Assembly (NCBI RefSeq): GCF_963921235.1
Contig: NC_086098.1
Span: forward strand, 191,456,001-191,520,000
From: Mobula hypostoma
Taxonomy: Eukaryota
Length of the DNA: 64,000 nt
Direction: 5' to 3'
Shown here: piece after piece, positions 60,795 through 64,000 of the stretch
Layout of the letters: every line of letters starts with the position of its first letter
Position numbering within the stretch: the stretch's first letter is position 1
Notes under the pieces: generated by a model
Database searches by the model: none
Seen by the model: only the letters and a program-made list of their open reading frames with translations
Told to the model about the DNA's origin: nothing
Made by a program: the position numbers and the translations under genes

Positions 60795-61265
60795 GAGAAA
60801 ATCTGCAGACACTGGAAATGAAAGCAACAAACAAAATGCTGGATGAACTCAGCCAGCCAGGCAGCGTCTATGGAAAAGAGTGAACAGTCAAAATTTCGGG
60901 CCAAGACCCTTTATCAGGACCGAGAAAAAGATGAGAAGTCAAAGCAAGAAGGTGGGGGGGAGGGGAGGAAGATGTACAAGGTGGTAGGTGGTAAGTGAAA
61001 CCGAGAAAGAGGAAGGGTTGAAAAAAGAGCTAAGTATTGATTGGGGAAAGATATAAAGGGCTGGAGAAGAGGAAATCCATTTGGAGAGGGTGGAAGACCA
61101 TGTAAGTAAGTGAAGGGGAACGAACACCAGAGGGAGGTGATGGGCAGGTGATTAGATCTGCTTGCTCTGATTTCTCATTTTTTTTGCCCCAGTCTGATGA
61201 AGCATTTTAGCCCAAAACAACGATACCTGGCCTGCTGAGTTCCTCCAGCATTTCATGTGTGTTGT
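60795..61265. mobile_element. Penelope pseudo-LTR pair in inverted configuration, nested in a Rex1-type 3' tail
   Basis: Left arm CAAAATGCTGGATGAACTCAGC..GCCAGG...TTTCGGGCCAAGACCCTTTATCAGGAC; right arm AGTCTGATGAAG...CCTGGCCTGCTGAGTTCCTCCAGCATTT. Confidence 0.75.
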
Positions 61266-61284
61266 TTATAGAGATTGTCATCAG

Positions 61285-61865
61285 TAACAACCCTGAGATT
61301 CACTTTCTTATGGGCATACGCAACAAATCCATAATAGAATTATAACCATAATCAATGAACTTGAGCATTCAGCCAATGTGCAAATGTTAACCAACTGTGC
61401 AAATACTAAAAGAAAGAAATAATAAGTAAATAGGCAATGAATATTGAGAATATGAGATGAAGAGTCCTTGAAAGCAAGTCCATTGGTTGTGGGAACAAAT
61501 GAAATGAGTGAAGTTATCCCTTTTGGTTCAAGAACGTGATGTTTGAGGGGTAATAACTGTTCCTGAACCTGACGATGTGAATCCTGAGTCTCCTTCTTCC
61601 TGATGGTAGCAGCGAGAAGAGAGTATGAACTAGGTGGTGGGGTCCCTGATGTGGGATGCCGTTTTCCTGCGACATCACTTCGTGTAGATGTGCTCAGTGG
61701 TGGGGAGGGCTTTATCCGTGATGGACTAGGCCTCATCCATTACCTTTTGTAGGATTTTTTGTTCAAGGCCATTGCTGTTTCTATACCAGGCCATGATACA
61801 GCCAGTCAATACGTTCTCACCACACATTCAAAGTTTAAGATGTCATGCCGAACCTTCGCAAAGTC
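61285..61865 (-). mobile_element. Rex1/Babar-type LINE 3' fragment (tail continues at ~60750-60795)
   Basis: Minus-strand LRRFGM...ENVLTGCIMAWY remnant; homologous to 25050-25660. Confidence 0.7.
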
Positions 61866-64000
61866 CTTTCTTTCTTTTTAAATCTTTTTATTGAGTAAGT
61901 ATACAAAAAAGGTAAGCCATATAAACATTAATACAATGTTAAAGTATAATAAAATTCCAAAAGATAACAATACCAAAAAGAAAATACTACAATGTAATTT
62001 AAGCATAAGAAACCAAGATAACATAATAGTATACTAAATTTTATATATATCAATGGAAAAAAAGAAAAAAAAAAACCCCAAAAAAAAACCCACCGTGCAA
62101 CTAACTAAAAGCAAGGCAAAGCAATGGGCTAACTTGAAACCAAACAGAGTTAAACTTAAAATCACGTCCTCAATCCCGACCTCCATTAAAACAGTGAAAA
62201 GAAAACAAGAAGGGTAAATATTACATTAAATGAAAATATCGAATAAAAGGTCCTCAAATCTGTTCAAATTTAAATGAAGAATCATAAAGGTTACTTCTAA
62301 TTTTCTCCAAATTCAAACATAGAATCGTCTGAGAAAACCAAAAAAAGGTAGTTGGAGCATTAAGCTCTTTCCAATGTTGTAAAATACATCTTTTCGCCAT
62401 TAAAGTAAGAAATGCAATCATTCTACGGGCTGAAGGGGAAAGATTACTAGAAATTTTAGGTAGTCCAAAGATAGCAGTAATAGGGTGAGGAGAGATATCT
62501 ATATTTAATACCTTAGAAATAATATTGAAAATATCTCTCCAAAAAGTTTCCAAAGTAGGGCAAGACCAAAACATATGAGTTAAAGAGGCTATCTGCCCCG
62601 AACATCTATCACAGAAAGGATTAATATGCGAGTAAAAACGCGCTAACTTATCTTTGGACATATGTGCTCTATGAACCACTTTAAATTGAATTAGGGAATG
62701 TTTAGCACAAATAGAGGAAGTATTAACTAATTGTAAAATCTGCCCCCAATCATCCACAGAAATGGTAAGCCCCAATTCCTGTTCCCAATCTACCCTAATC
62801 TTATCAAATGGAGCTTTCCTAAGTTTCATAATAATATTATAAATCATAGCCGATGCACCTTTCTGACATGGATTAAGGTTAATTATCGAATCTAAAATAT
62901 ATATAGGAGGAAGCATTGGAAAGGAAGAAAGTATAGTACTTAGGAAATTTCTAACTTGTAAATATCTAAAAAAATGTATTCTTGATAAGTTATATTTATT
63001 AGATAATTGTTCAAAAGACATAAGGGAACCATCTAAAAATAAATCCAAAAACCGTAAAATACCCTTAGTCTTCCAAGTTTGAAAAGCGCGATCCGTAAAA
63101 GAGGGAGGAAAAAATATGTTACCTAAAATAGGAATCGCTAACCCGAATTGATTAAGATCAAAAAATTTTCTGAATTGAAACCAAATACGCAAAGCATATT
63201 TAACGATCGGGTTAGAGACCTGCTTAAGGCGTTTCGAATCAAAAGGAAGAGATGAACCTAAAATAGAACCAAGTGTATAACCCTGAACAGATTGTAATTC
63301 CAATGCTACCCATTTAGGAATAGATAGTATGTCCCGGTCAAGTAACCAAAATTTCATATGTCGAATATTAATAGCCCAATAATAAAATCTAAAATTAGGT
63401 AATGCTAAACCTCCATCTCTCTTAGCTTTCTGTAAATGTATTTTACCCAGTCTCGGATTCTTATTCTGCCAAATAAATGAAGAAATTTTAGAGTCAACTT
63501 TATCAAAAAAAGATTTAGGAACGAAAATTGGTAATGCCTGAAACACATATAAAAATTTTGGCAAAAAAAAATCTTAACTGCATTAATACGACCAATCAAA
63601 GTTAAATATAAGGGAAACCATTTAGATGAAAGTTGAGTAATATGGTCTATTAATGGTAAAAAGTTAGTCTTAAATAAATCTTTATGTTTACAAGTAATTT
63701 TAATCCCAAGATATGAAAAGTAATTATTAATCAATTTAAATGGAAATTTATAATATAAGGGAAGATGTTTATTAATCGGAAAAAGTTCACTCTTACTAAG
63801 ATTTAATTTATAACCTGAGAAAAGACCAAATTGTGCTAATAACTCTAAAACAGCAGGAATGGATCTCTCAGGATTAGAAATATATAAAAGTAAATCATCA
63901 GCATAGAGTGATAATTTATGGGACTTTAATCCCCGAGTTATCCCAGTAATATTTGAAGATTCTCGAATAGCAATTGCAAGAGGTTCTAATGCAATATCAA
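61866..64000 (-). mobile_element. Young L1-clade LINE, ORF2 3' half (continues beyond window)
   Basis: Open frame from the window edge: ALEPLA...HKLSLYADDLLLY...SGYKLNLSKSE...YLGI...GRINAVK; after one frameshift LPKFLY...GGLALPNF...CDRC...HMFWSC (zf-RVT). 3' UTR with AATAAA and an A-rich tail at ~61866-61895. Confidence 0.93.

Overview
Eukaryotic (vertebrate) genomic DNA; no prokaryotic features or CRISPR array. The repeat content (HE1/V-SINE-type SINEs, abundant CR1 LINEs, Deu-domain SINE relics, Penelope elements) points to a cartilaginous fish, probably a ray or shark (inference). The + strand carries the last nine coding exons of SOGA1/MTCL2: 80-226, 10024-10149, 14557-14787, 15719-15883, 17591-17758, 30649-30900, 34481-34551, 37010-38453 and 41702-41839. 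All have AG/GT boundaries and join in frame to 2742 nt (913 aa + stop). A probable long 3' UTR runs to about 49.1-49.3 kb. Introns and downstream DNA are filled with CR1, L1/Tx1, Rex1/Babar, R4/Dong (Rex6-like), RTE-derived, Penelope, Tc1, hAT and SINE copies. The most notable observations are: (i) many Penelope-derived termini carrying a minimal hammerhead-ribozyme core, several as inverted or palindromic pairs; (ii) an R4/Dong-type element with a 5' inversion shaped like a twin-priming product; (iii) a CR1 whose 5' end is capped by a copy of a CR1 3' segment; (iv) a very young CR1 given an in-frame ATG by flanking DNA; (v) a 101-bp tandem array with a dimeric pattern in the putative 3' UTR; (vi) a possible unannotated minus-strand gene downstream. 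Gene and family names come from recalled motifs, not database searches. Transposon boundaries are approximate (about +/-20-50 bp) unless stated otherwise.
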